NCBI GenBank assembly: GCA_041652815.1 | Contig: JBAZGN010000001.1 | Coordinates: forward strand, 317,855-381,854 | DNA length: 64,000 bases | Direction of reading: 5' to 3' | Origin: Candidatus Omnitrophota bacterium | GTDB taxonomy: Bacteria; Omnitrophota; Gorgyraeia; Duberdicusellales; 4484-171 | Part shown: positions 36,546 through 44,944 of the stretch, in pieces | How the letters are laid out: each line of letters begins with the position of its first letter | How positions within the stretch are numbered: position 1 is the stretch's first letter | Notes under the pieces: generated by a model | The model's database searches: none | The model's input: the letters and a program-made list of their open reading frames with translations, nothing else | Told to the model about the DNA's origin: nothing | Position numbers and translations under genes: made by a program

Positions 36546-37793
36546 ATGAGACGAGTAGTCATAACCGGCATTGGCGTAATCTGTGCAGCTGGCGAGGATA
36601 AAAACACTTTTTACGATAATATTGTCGCCGGTAAACCCTTTATTGAAAGAGTAGAGAATTTTGATGTAAGTTTATTTGTGTCAAAAATAGCTTCACAGGA
36701 TTTAGGCTTTGACCCGCTCAAATTTGGCATAAAAGACCACCAGCGTATGGATAGATATGTCCAATTTGGTATTGCCGCGGCAAAACAGGCAGTTGAAGAC
36801 AGCCACATTGATTTTAATAAAATAAACAGAAAAAAATGCGGTGTAATTTTAGCAAACGCAATTTGCGGCACGCGTTTTATGGAGGAGGAATTCCTTCTTG
36901 TAACTGACTGGGGAAAGAGGCCAATCGATCCGCGTAAAGGCCGGCCTTATCTTTATGATGCGGCAATGTTTAATACGCCAAGCGCAGAAATCGGAGCAAT
37001 TTATCATACGCAAGGGCTTAATTGCACGGTTTCTACCGGTTGCACTGCTGCTACAGATTCTTTAGGATTTTCTTTTGAACTTATCCGCGAAGGCAGGCAG
37101 GATATAATTATTGCCGGTGGTACTGAAGCGCCGGTTTGCCCGATTACTTTTGGAGCTTTTGACGTGGTAAATGTTTTGGCAAAAAATAACGATGAACCGC
37201 ATAAAGCCAGCCGGCCTTTCGATAATAAAAGAAACGGTTTTGTAATTTCTGAAGGCGCGGGCGTTGTAGTGCTTGAAGAATTAGAGCACGCAAAAAAGCG
37301 CGGCGCGCATATTTACGGAGAATTGGTTGGTTACGGTACAAGCTGTAATGCCTTTCATATGACGGATTTACCTGAGGACGGCGAAGCGATGGAGCGCTGC
37401 ATCAAAGATGCGATGAAAGACGCAGGAGTTAAAAATGAAGATATAGACTATATAAATACGCATGGCTCATCAACCAGGCAAAATGACGTTTTTGAGACAA
37501 ATGCTTACAAGGCAGTGTTCGGTGATTATGCTTACAAAATTCCGATAAGCTCTATAAAATCAATGATTGGCCATCCTTTGGCGGCAGCCAATGCTGTAGA
37601 GAGTGTTTTATGCGCGATGATTTTTGAAAAAGGATATTTGCCCCCCACGATAAATCAGGAAGAGCCAGACCCAAAATGCGATTTGGATTATATTCCAAAC
37701 GTGAAAAGACAATATATGCCTAATTACATATTAAAAACAAGCAGCGGATTTTCCGGAATACATTCGTCTATTATATTTAAGAAATATAAATAG
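36546..37793 (+). CDS. Beta-ketoacyl synthase, KS-alpha (FabF-like, catalytically complete)
   Basis: Cys in STGCTAATDS, His in INTHGSSTRQND, His in SMIGHPLAAANAVE. The stop codon TAG lies inside the terminus of repeat K2. Confidence 0.85.
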   Translation: MRRVVITGIGVICAAGEDKNTFYDNIVAGKPFIERVENFDVSLFVSKIASQDLGFDPLKFGIKDHQRMDRYVQFGIAAAKQAVEDSHIDFNKINRKKCGVILANAICGTRFMEEEFLLVTDWGKRPIDPRKGRPYLYDAAMFNTPSAEIGAIYHTQGLNCTVSTGCTAATDSLGFSFELIREGRQDIIIAGGTEAPVCPITFGAFDVVNVLAKNNDEPHKASRPFDNKRNGFVISEGAGVVVLEELEHAKKRGAHIYGELVGYGTSCNAFHMTDLPEDGEAMERCIKDAMKDAGVKNEDIDYINTHGSSTRQNDVFETNAYKAVFGDYAYKIPISSIKSMIGHPLAAANAVESVLCAMIFEKGYLPPTINQEEPDPKCDLDYIPNVKRQYMPNYILKTSSGFSGIHSSIIFKKYK

Positions 37794-37883
37794 AAGCGGA
37801 TATCCGCGGATAGCTACGCGGATAAACGCCAGCGAATTTCTGTGCGTCTATCCGCGTTTAAATCCGCGGCAATCCGCTTCTAT
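37790..37883. repeat. Compound palindrome, CCGCGGATA family (K2), termini ATAGAAGCGGAT / ATCCGCTTCTAT
   Basis: atagaagcggatatccgcggatagctacgcggataaacgcc...gtctatccgcgtttaaatccgcggcaatccgcttctat. Confidence 0.9.
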
Positions 37884-37897
37884 AGTAAGGAGCTTAA

Positions 37898-39130
37898 ATG
37901 AAAGAACGTGTAGCAATAACAGGCGTGGGAGTTGTTTCACCAGCCGGTTTAAAAAAAGAAACTTTTTGGGCAAATTTGAAACGAGGCGACTCATTTATAG
38001 ATGAAGTTACGCGCTTTGACGCATCGCTTTACCCGTCTCGCATAGCCGGCCAGGTTCATGAGTTGGATCATTATTCGCATTTGCCAAGCCGCCTGGTAAA
38101 AAAGATTGATGTGTTTTCTCATATGGCGCTTGTTGCAACCGAGCAGGCTTTGCAAGATGCAAAGATAGATTTAAATAACGTTGATAAAAAACGTGTAGGC
38201 GTTTTTATGGGTAATGCTATCGGCGGCTGGCTTTTTGCCGAAACCGAACTACGCGATATGTATATTGAAGGCAGAGAAGGTGTATCTCCCTATATGGCTT
38301 CTGCCTGGTTTCCAGCAGCACCCCAAGGGCAAATTACAATTTTCTATGGATTTAAGGGCTACAGTAAAACTGTGGTAGCTGACAAGGCTTCTTCTGCGCT
38401 TGCTCTGTGGTATGCGGCGAAAAATATAAGCGAAGGCAAAAATGATTACGTTGTCGCCGGAGGAATGGAAGCGCCAATTACGCCATACGCGCTTTTAAGT
38501 TCCAATTCCTGCGGCCAACTGTCCAAAAATAACCTTAACCCCAGGAAAGCTTATAAGCCTTATGATTTATATCGAGACGGTTTTGTTTTAGGCGAGGGCT
38601 CCGGAATAGTAAATTTAGAAAAAGAAGAGCATGCCAAAAAAAGAGGGGCACACATTTATGGATTTTTAAAAGGCGTTGGTTTTTCCTCCGATGGTTATCA
38701 TTATGAACGTTATAGCCCGAATTCAGAAAGTTTTGAATATGCAATAGAAGAGTGTTTAAAAGACGCAGGCTGGGCAAAAAAAGAAGTAGATTATATTTGT
38801 TTGGATGCAGAAGCGACAACTATGGGCGATTATCTTGAAACGCAAGCGTTAAAAAATGTGTTCGGAAAGGAACTAAAAAATATTTCACTTAGTGCGCCAA
38901 AGAGTATGTATGGAAACCTTTTAGGTGCACAAACGGCACTGGATTTGATATCAACATTGTATTCAATGAGTAACAACCTGGTCTTCCCGACAATTAATTA
39001 CGAGATGAACGACCCTTATTGCGATTTGGATTATACGCCAAATGTTGCAAGGGAAAGAAAAATAAATAAAGCCCTGCTTCTTGCTCGCGGAAGAGGTGGG
39101 ATAAATGTGGTATTAGCTATTGAAAAGTAA
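37898..39130 (+). CDS. KS-beta / chain-length-factor-like ketosynthase paralog (all three catalytic residues substituted)
   Basis: It aligns with KS-alpha throughout. The active-site Cys position reads VVADKASSAL, and both His positions are replaced (LDAEATTMGD and MYGNLLGAQTA). Confidence 0.75.
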   Translation: MKERVAITGVGVVSPAGLKKETFWANLKRGDSFIDEVTRFDASLYPSRIAGQVHELDHYSHLPSRLVKKIDVFSHMALVATEQALQDAKIDLNNVDKKRVGVFMGNAIGGWLFAETELRDMYIEGREGVSPYMASAWFPAAPQGQITIFYGFKGYSKTVVADKASSALALWYAAKNISEGKNDYVVAGGMEAPITPYALLSSNSCGQLSKNNLNPRKAYKPYDLYRDGFVLGEGSGIVNLEKEEHAKKRGAHIYGFLKGVGFSSDGYHYERYSPNSESFEYAIEECLKDAGWAKKEVDYICLDAEATTMGDYLETQALKNVFGKELKNISLSAPKSMYGNLLGAQTALDLISTLYSMSNNLVFPTINYEMNDPYCDLDYTPNVARERKINKALLLARGRGGINVVLAIEK

Positions 39131-39133
39131 ATT

Positions 39134-39240
39134 AGGTTACGAACGTTACGAAAGTTACGCAGGTTACGAAGGTTACAATAACCTTAAGTGTTTCAAGGGT
39201 AACCTTCGTAACTTCCCGTAACATCCGTAACCTTCGTAAC
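39134..39240. repeat. Compound palindrome, GGTTACGAAGG family (A3)
   Basis: ttaggttacgaacgttacgaaagttacgcaggttacgaaggttacaa...cttcccgtaacatccgtaaccttcgtaac. Confidence 0.9.
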
Positions 39241-39260
39241 ATACAATAAGGAGGTTTTAA

Positions 39261-39494
39261 ATGGCATTAAAAGAAGACGTTGTGAATGCGATTGCCGACA
39301 TCTTGGATGTAAAAGCTGATGAATTGAAAGATAGCGAAAAATTATACGATTCAGTTGGAGTAGATTCAACAGAAATGGTTGAACTTTGCGTTTCTTTGGG
39401 GAAAAAGTTCGGCGTAAAAATTGCCACAAATGAAATAACAAAATCTTCAACACCGCTTGAAATAACGGCGTTGATTGAAAAGAAGAAGCAATAA
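39261..39494 (+). CDS. Acyl carrier protein
   Basis: 77 aa. The phosphopantetheine-attachment Ser sits in GVDSTEMVEL. SD AAGGAGG. Confidence 0.8.
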   Translation: MALKEDVVNAIADILDVKADELKDSEKLYDSVGVDSTEMVELCVSLGKKFGVKIATNEITKSSTPLEITALIEKKKQ

Positions 39495-39495
39495 T

Positions 39496-39558
39496 TAGCT
39501 GTCAGCCATCAGCTTTCAGCTATCAGCTGAAGACTGACGACTGAAGGCTGAAAGCTTA
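39496..39558. repeat. Compound palindrome, CAGCTGAAAGCTG family (B4)
   Basis: agctgtcagccatcagctttcagctatcagctgaagactgacgactgaaggctgaaagct. Confidence 0.85.
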
Positions 39559-39563
39559 TAAAT

Positions 39564-40367
39564 ATGCAAATAATCGATTTAAGCCTACCAATTGACGATC
39601 GTGCCTTTGAAGTGCATCACGTTGAAATTGAGCGCGTATCTCATAAGGCAGGAGTTGAAAAATTTAACCGCGTTTTAATGGGGAAAACCTTAAAAGGCAA
39701 GCTCCAATATATATTAGGTAAGCGTATTGTTAAAAAAGAAGACTTGCCGAATGAAGAGTTTTTATCTTTGGAAATCGTGCATTCACCGGTTCATATCGGC
39801 ACACATTTAGATTATTCTTTCCATTACGGTTCAAAGTCAGAAGGCCGCGCCTCTAAAACTGCGGAAGAAATTCCTCTTGAATGGTGCTATCAAAATGGCG
39901 TTAAGCTCGATGTTTCGCATAAAAAATCAAACGAAGCGATAACGGCGGCAGATTTAGAAAACGCTTTAAAGAAAATAAACTATACGTTAAAGCCCTTAGA
40001 TATTGTTTTATTATATACAGGAGCTGATAAATTATACGGAGGCCCAAAATATTTTAGCGATTACCCGGGCGTAGACATTTCGGCGATAGATTATCTTTTG
40101 GATAAAGGTATTAAAATCTTTGGCGTAGACACTATGGGCATAGACCGGCCATATAGATTTATGCTTAAAGAATTTTTGGAAACCAAGGACACGAAAAAAT
40201 TATATCCAGCACATTTCTATGGAAGAAAACGCGAATTTATTCATATAGAACGATTAGCAAATTTAGATAAATTACCTGACTTTGGATTTAAGATTATTTG
40301 TTTCCCCGTAAAAATTAAGTGTACCGGGGCTGCCTGGGCAAGAGCAGTTGGGATAATTAAAAGCTAA
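39564..40367 (+). CDS. Cyclase-family protein (PF04199; kynurenine-formamidase / polyketide-cyclase fold)
   Basis: The HIGTHLDYSFH motif matches the HxGTHxDxPxH metal site, plus GVDTMGIDRP. Confidence 0.7.
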   Translation: MQIIDLSLPIDDRAFEVHHVEIERVSHKAGVEKFNRVLMGKTLKGKLQYILGKRIVKKEDLPNEEFLSLEIVHSPVHIGTHLDYSFHYGSKSEGRASKTAEEIPLEWCYQNGVKLDVSHKKSNEAITAADLENALKKINYTLKPLDIVLLYTGADKLYGGPKYFSDYPGVDISAIDYLLDKGIKIFGVDTMGIDRPYRFMLKEFLETKDTKKLYPAHFYGRKREFIHIERLANLDKLPDFGFKIICFPVKIKCTGAAWARAVGIIKS

Positions 40368-40424
40368 CGCAGATTTACGCAGATAATTTACCTAAGATCA
40401 CCTGCGTTAGGAAAAGGAGGAAGA

Positions 40425-41204
40425 ATGAAGAAGGGAATGAATTTTTTAAGTATAACTAAAATTTCGTTCTACTTATTTTGTTTGCTAATTCTTTTTGTTT
40501 CTTGTTCCAGCAAGCCAGCATATACAATTAGGAAATTTCCAAATGGTAAGGAAATCAAAGTCTTAAATATAGGAACAATGTATAACCCATCTTTAAATGG
40601 CCCCGCTTTGTTATTTAACTATGAAACGGATGCCAATTTTGAGGATAGAGCAGCTATAGATAAAGAAGTGCAAGAAATCTGGAATTATTTTCGTCTTGAT
40701 GCAGAAGAGCAAGGTTTTAAGAATGCAATAATCAAAGTGAACTCAACGTACAATAAAGTATTTTTTATGCGACTCAATAAAACTCGTTGGTTTTTCTTCA
40801 AAAAAGACAGAAATAATGATTGGCAATTAGGAGATAGCAGTATTTCTAAAAAAGAACTTTTTGATCAAGGAGTAACCTTAATTAAGGGAAAAAATTACGA
40901 TGAGGCTATAGCCAAATTTACTAAAGCAATAGAAATGGATCCTGGACTCTATGTTGCTTATAATGGGCGAGGGGCTGCTTATTGTGAAAAAGGAAATTTT
41001 AACCTTGCTATAGTTGATTTGAATAAAGCAATAGAAATTAATCCAAATTATGCCCCGCCTTACAATAATCGTGCGGCTATATATCTTTCCAAAAAAGAAT
41101 ACGATAAAGCTTGGATAGATGTGCATAAGGCAGAGTCTTTAAGCTATAAAATTAATCCAGAACTTCTTGAAAAACTTAAGAAAGAATCCGGCCGAGAAAA
41201 ATAA
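40425..41204 (+). CDS. Lipoprotein with C-terminal TPR repeats
   Basis: Signal peptide plus lipobox LFVSCSS. Three TPR units (AIAKFTKAIEMDP, LAIVDLNKAIEINP). Confidence 0.65.
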   Translation: MKKGMNFLSITKISFYLFCLLILFVSCSSKPAYTIRKFPNGKEIKVLNIGTMYNPSLNGPALLFNYETDANFEDRAAIDKEVQEIWNYFRLDAEEQGFKNAIIKVNSTYNKVFFMRLNKTRWFFFKKDRNNDWQLGDSSISKKELFDQGVTLIKGKNYDEAIAKFTKAIEMDPGLYVAYNGRGAAYCEKGNFNLAIVDLNKAIEINPNYAPPYNNRAAIYLSKKEYDKAWIDVHKAESLSYKINPELLEKLKKESGREK

Positions 41205-41283
41205 TTTTAGTTTCTATAAGTTTTTATTCGTGGTAATTCGTCTTTAATCCGTGGCCATTCGTGTCAAAAGAAAGGAGGTTAAA

Positions 41284-41724
41284 ATGGGACATACAGTTAA
41301 TTCAATTATAATCAATGCGCCTTACGAGAAAATTTTTGATATCTCTAATGACATTGAACGTTGGACAGAATTATTTGGTGATGAATATAAAGAAGCAACC
41401 GTGGAAAAGAAAGAAGGCAACAAAATAACTTTTAAACTTATGGATGATGAAGGTAGAACCTGGAAATCATGGCGGCTTTTATTCAAAGATAAGAATTTTG
41501 CCTATGCCGAGCGCGAAGAGCCGAAATTTCCTTTTAAGTTTATGAAAATCATCTGGCTTTATATACCAAGGCCAAGCGGCATTGAAATGGTTTGGATCCA
41601 GCATTTTGAAATGGATGAAAAAGCTAAATTTAATGACGAGCAGGTAGAAGGTTTCATCAATAAGCATTCTAAAGATAATTTGAAGATATTTAAGGACGTA
41701 ATTGAGAAAGAAGCAGGTAGATAA
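41284..41724 (+). CDS. SRPBCC (Bet v1-like) polyketide cyclase/dehydrase-family protein
   Basis: The HTVNSIIINAPYEKIFDISNDIERWTELF N-terminus matches the Polyketide_cyc2 signature. SD AAAGGAGG before ATG 41284. Confidence 0.65.
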   Translation: MGHTVNSIIINAPYEKIFDISNDIERWTELFGDEYKEATVEKKEGNKITFKLMDDEGRTWKSWRLLFKDKNFAYAEREEPKFPFKFMKIIWLYIPRPSGIEMVWIQHFEMDEKAKFNDEQVEGFINKHSKDNLKIFKDVIEKEAGR

Positions 41725-41725
41725 A

Positions 41726-41850
41726 ACGATTACAGTTGCGTCAAGCGGTTGCGGTTGCGCCGCTCGTCACGGTTGCGTCTAACGTAAGACGTAACCGCAT
41801 GACGAAACGAGTCGCGTAACCGATAGACGCAAAACGTAACCCCATAGATA
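41726..41850. repeat. Compound palindrome, GCGGTTGCG family (F3)
   Basis: gttgcgtcaagcggttgcggttgcgccgctcgtcacggttgcgtctaacgtaagacgtaaccgcatgacgaaacgagtcgcgtaaccgatagacgcaaaacgtaacc. Confidence 0.85.
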
Positions 41851-41868
41851 ACGAGATAAGTTCAATTT

Positions 41869-42990
41869 ATGAATAAGCTAACTTTTGTTATTCTCTGTTT
41901 GGAGGGCGCAATTCTTTCTTTTAATGTTGCTGCGGCAGCTGCGCTTATCCCCTCTGTTGCAACAGATTTTGGAGTTTCCGAGTTTATTGCCGGAAGAATT
42001 GTCTGGCTTTATATGATTCCTTACGGCTTTGCCGCTCTCCTTTACGGCCCCTTGGTGCGGGCGTTTGACGCGAAAAAGATTGAGCTAATTTGCCTTTTAT
42101 CTTTTTCCGCGGCGAATCTATTAGCTGCTTTTTCAAAAAATATCGCGATGCTCTTTGCGGCGAGATTCTTTATGGGAGTTTTTGGCGCATCTGTTATACC
42201 TCTTGCTTTAATTTTAATAGCGCAGTCATTTGCCAGCGAAAAAAGAGGAAAAATAGTTGGGCTATTTTTTGCCTCCACATTCATCGCTTCGCTTCTCGGG
42301 TTATTTTTAAGCGGTATTTTACCCTGGCGCTTGATTTTCTTGTTGCCGGCCATTGCCGGATTTTTGCTTTTGCCTTTAATGTATTTTTATCTGCCGCGTT
42401 TTGCGCCGGAAAATAAAAAATTTGCCATCAATTATATAGAGCCGTTTAAAGATAAGGTTATATTGTATATGTTTACCTATATATTTATTATAAGCTTACT
42501 TTACCACGGCCTGCAGCAATGGCTCTCGGTTTATTTCTCTACCAAATATAGCCTGGGGCAGTTTGCAATCAGCATGCTTATTACTTTAACCAGTTTAAGC
42601 GGCATATTTGGAGAAACCATCGGTGGAATGCTTGCCGATAAAATTGGCAGGATAAAGACCGTTAATTTAGGAATAATTTTAATGATTATAAGTGTATTAT
42701 TTCTTATTTTTAAAATGCCGGTTTTTATACTTGGTTTGATTATGATTATCTGGGGGCTGGGTTGGACATTTAACCATGCGGGAATCTCTACAATGCTTAC
42801 GGATCTGCCTAAAAAATTTTTACATGAAGCCGCAAGCTTAAATTCAAGTGTACGTTTTGTCTCCGGCGGTATTGGAGTGGCTGCTTCAGGGTTGATTATG
42901 CAAAAAAGTTTTATTGCCGGATTTATGTTATTTGGTGGCTGTTTAATTGCATTATTACTTTGTACGAAATATCTGGTTATTAAAATATAA
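41869..42990 (+). CDS. MFS transporter (putative product exporter)
   Basis: 373 aa with about 12 TM segments and MFS motifs (FFMGVFGASVIPLAL). Confidence 0.75.
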   Translation: MNKLTFVILCLEGAILSFNVAAAAALIPSVATDFGVSEFIAGRIVWLYMIPYGFAALLYGPLVRAFDAKKIELICLLSFSAANLLAAFSKNIAMLFAARFFMGVFGASVIPLALILIAQSFASEKRGKIVGLFFASTFIASLLGLFLSGILPWRLIFLLPAIAGFLLLPLMYFYLPRFAPENKKFAINYIEPFKDKVILYMFTYIFIISLLYHGLQQWLSVYFSTKYSLGQFAISMLITLTSLSGIFGETIGGMLADKIGRIKTVNLGIILMIISVLFLIFKMPVFILGLIMIIWGLGWTFNHAGISTMLTDLPKKFLHEAASLNSSVRFVSGGIGVAASGLIMQKSFIAGFMLFGGCLIALLLCTKYLVIKI

Positions 42991-42994
42991 ACTT

Positions 42995-43131
42995 AGGTTA
43001 CGAACGTTAGTGAGGTTACGCAGGTTACGAAGGTTACAACAAACCTTCGATATTTGAAATGTAACATTCGTAACTTCCCGTAACTTAATTCTTCCGTCGA
43101 AGGTGGAAGAATTAACGTAACCTTCGTAACT
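42995..43131. repeat. Compound palindrome, GGTTACGAAGG family (A4), with an extra internal hairpin cttccgtcgaaggtggaag
   Basis: Seen directly. Confidence 0.9.
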
Positions 43132-43151
43132 TATAATTTAAGGAGGAGAGA

Positions 43152-43928
43152 ATGAGTAGCGAGCTTAAAGGTAAAACTGCAATTGTAACCGGCGCAAGCC
43201 GCGGGATAGGCAAGGCTCTTGCTTGTGTGGCAGCAAGTTTAGGCGCGAATGTAGCTATCGCAGCAAGAGGGGAAGGGCCGCTTAAAGAAACCGCTGCGGA
43301 GATAGAGAAAAAATATAAAGTTAAGGTTCTGGCCGTTCCCTGCGATGTTACAAAACTGGAAGATCTAGAAAACTTAGTAAATAAAACAAAAGAAAAATTT
43401 GGACAGATAGATATTTTGATAAATAATGCAGGAGTTTCTAGCCAATATCCTTTTGAAAAACAGCCGATTGAAGATTTTGAGCGTCTCGCCCATACAAACT
43501 ATTTAGGTTATGTGCGCTTGATTCGTTTGGTGATAAACGATATGATAAATAGAAAATCTGGGGCAATAATCAATATGGTTTCCGGCTCAACGCTTTGTGA
43601 CCCCCTTCCGAGAAATTTTATTGTTTATAGCTCATTGAAAGTAGGGCTTCGCGCTTTTTCTAAAGCTCTGTTTTGGGAAATGCGCGACCACGGTATAAAA
43701 GTTACTTCGCTTTTACCGGGAGTCACAGATACCGATTTAACAGGTAAATTGGAAGAAATAACAGCAAACGCCTCGCGCTTGATGACCACAGAGGCTATTG
43801 AAAATGCAGTGAGGTTCGCTTTAACTGTTCCGGCGAATGTCTGTCCGCTTGAGATAGCAGTTATTAATCAGCAAACGCCATGGACAAAGCCGGTGATACC
43901 GTATAAGCAGGATCATCCTAATAAGTAG
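43152..43928 (+). CDS. SDR-family ketoreductase (FabG/ActIII-like 3-oxoacyl-ACP reductase)
   Basis: TGASRGIGKA cofactor motif, NNAG, catalytic YSSLK. Confidence 0.85.
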   Translation: MSSELKGKTAIVTGASRGIGKALACVAASLGANVAIAARGEGPLKETAAEIEKKYKVKVLAVPCDVTKLEDLENLVNKTKEKFGQIDILINNAGVSSQYPFEKQPIEDFERLAHTNYLGYVRLIRLVINDMINRKSGAIINMVSGSTLCDPLPRNFIVYSSLKVGLRAFSKALFWEMRDHGIKVTSLLPGVTDTDLTGKLEEITANASRLMTTEAIENAVRFALTVPANVCPLEIAVINQQTPWTKPVIPYKQDHPNK

Positions 43929-43963
43929 AGAGTAGCAAGTAAAGAGTAGAGAGAGGAGGTATC

Positions 43964-44362
43964 ATGAAAGAAAAAAACGTCAGTATTTTAATTGGTTTAG
44001 GAATAGGCGGTGTTATTAGTTTTATAATGTTGATTATATTTATTTTCATTATTATTTTTATGAACCAAAGGATACAATCACGAGAGCAGCTTATCCAGAA
44101 GCTTATTAGAGAAGGACAACTTGTTGAGGCTGTGGTTGCCAAAGGAGATATTCCAAAAGAAACTATCATCACTAGTGAAGTTGTTAAAATAAAGATAGTT
44201 TCACTCAAGACTCTTCAGCCGGGAGATTTAACCTCTTTAGATTCCGTGATGGGCAAGAAAACAACCAGAGAGATATTTAAGGATCAACATGTTAATGCGG
44301 ATTTTCTAAAAATTTCAGAGAAAATAGACAGTGGTAGTGTGAGTAAACAGGAACAGCCGTAA
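43964..44362 (+). CDS. N-terminally membrane-anchored protein of unknown function (132 aa)
   Basis: One TM helix, then a beta-rich soluble domain. Confidence 0.4.
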   Translation: MKEKNVSILIGLGIGGVISFIMLIIFIFIIIFMNQRIQSREQLIQKLIREGQLVEAVVAKGDIPKETIITSEVVKIKIVSLKTLQPGDLTSLDSVMGKKTTREIFKDQHVNADFLKISEKIDSGSVSKQEQP

Positions 44363-44467
44363 AAATAGAAACGAGACACCAGGAGCATCCGGATAAATAA
44401 AAGGTTTTCTGAGGTTGCAAAATATTATTTATAAAGGCAACCTTCCCGTTGTAAAAAGGAGGTAATA

Positions 44468-44896
44468 ATGGCTAAGGAAAGTAAAATAGCCACCTTGGTT
44501 TTATTAACAACATTCTTAGCTTTCGGTAATATTTATGCTCAAGAAACTGCCAAAGAACTCCTTGAAAAAGGAAAACAGTTTTATGAAGAACACAAATATG
44601 ATGAGGCAATTACTGAGTATAATAAAGCTATAGAACTAAATCCTAACTATGCTGAAGCCTATAATAATCGAGGGGTTGCTTATAATGTTAAAGGCAGCTA
44701 CGACCAAGCTATCTCTGATTTTACCAGAGCAATAGAAATTAATCCTAGCTATGCTGAAGCTTACTACGATCGAGCAGTAGCATATTATTGGAAGCATGAA
44801 CCTGACAAAGGCTGGGATGATATGCAGAAAGCAGAAAAGTTAGGGGCTATAGGTAACCCAGATCTTATTAAATTATTCGAGGAGACACAAGAATAA
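44468..44896 (+). CDS. Secreted TPR-repeat protein
   Basis: Signal peptide. Three TPR units (AITEYNKAIELNPNYAEAYNNRGVAY ...). Confidence 0.7.
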   Translation: MAKESKIATLVLLTTFLAFGNIYAQETAKELLEKGKQFYEEHKYDEAITEYNKAIELNPNYAEAYNNRGVAYNVKGSYDQAISDFTRAIEINPSYAEAYYDRAVAYYWKHEPDKGWDDMQKAEKLGAIGNPDLIKLFEETQE

Positions 44897-44944
44897 TAAC
44901 TTTATTCCAAAGTAAAGGAACATTTTAAATAAGGAGGAAATGCG

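Noticed and set aside
40365-40420. Degenerate CGCAGAT-type palindrome upstream of the TPR lipoprotein gene
   Set aside because: It has only two forward words and one weak reverse word (gctaacgcagatttacgcagat ... cacctgcgttagg). It may be a short ordinary hairpin rather than a member of the CACAGAT family.
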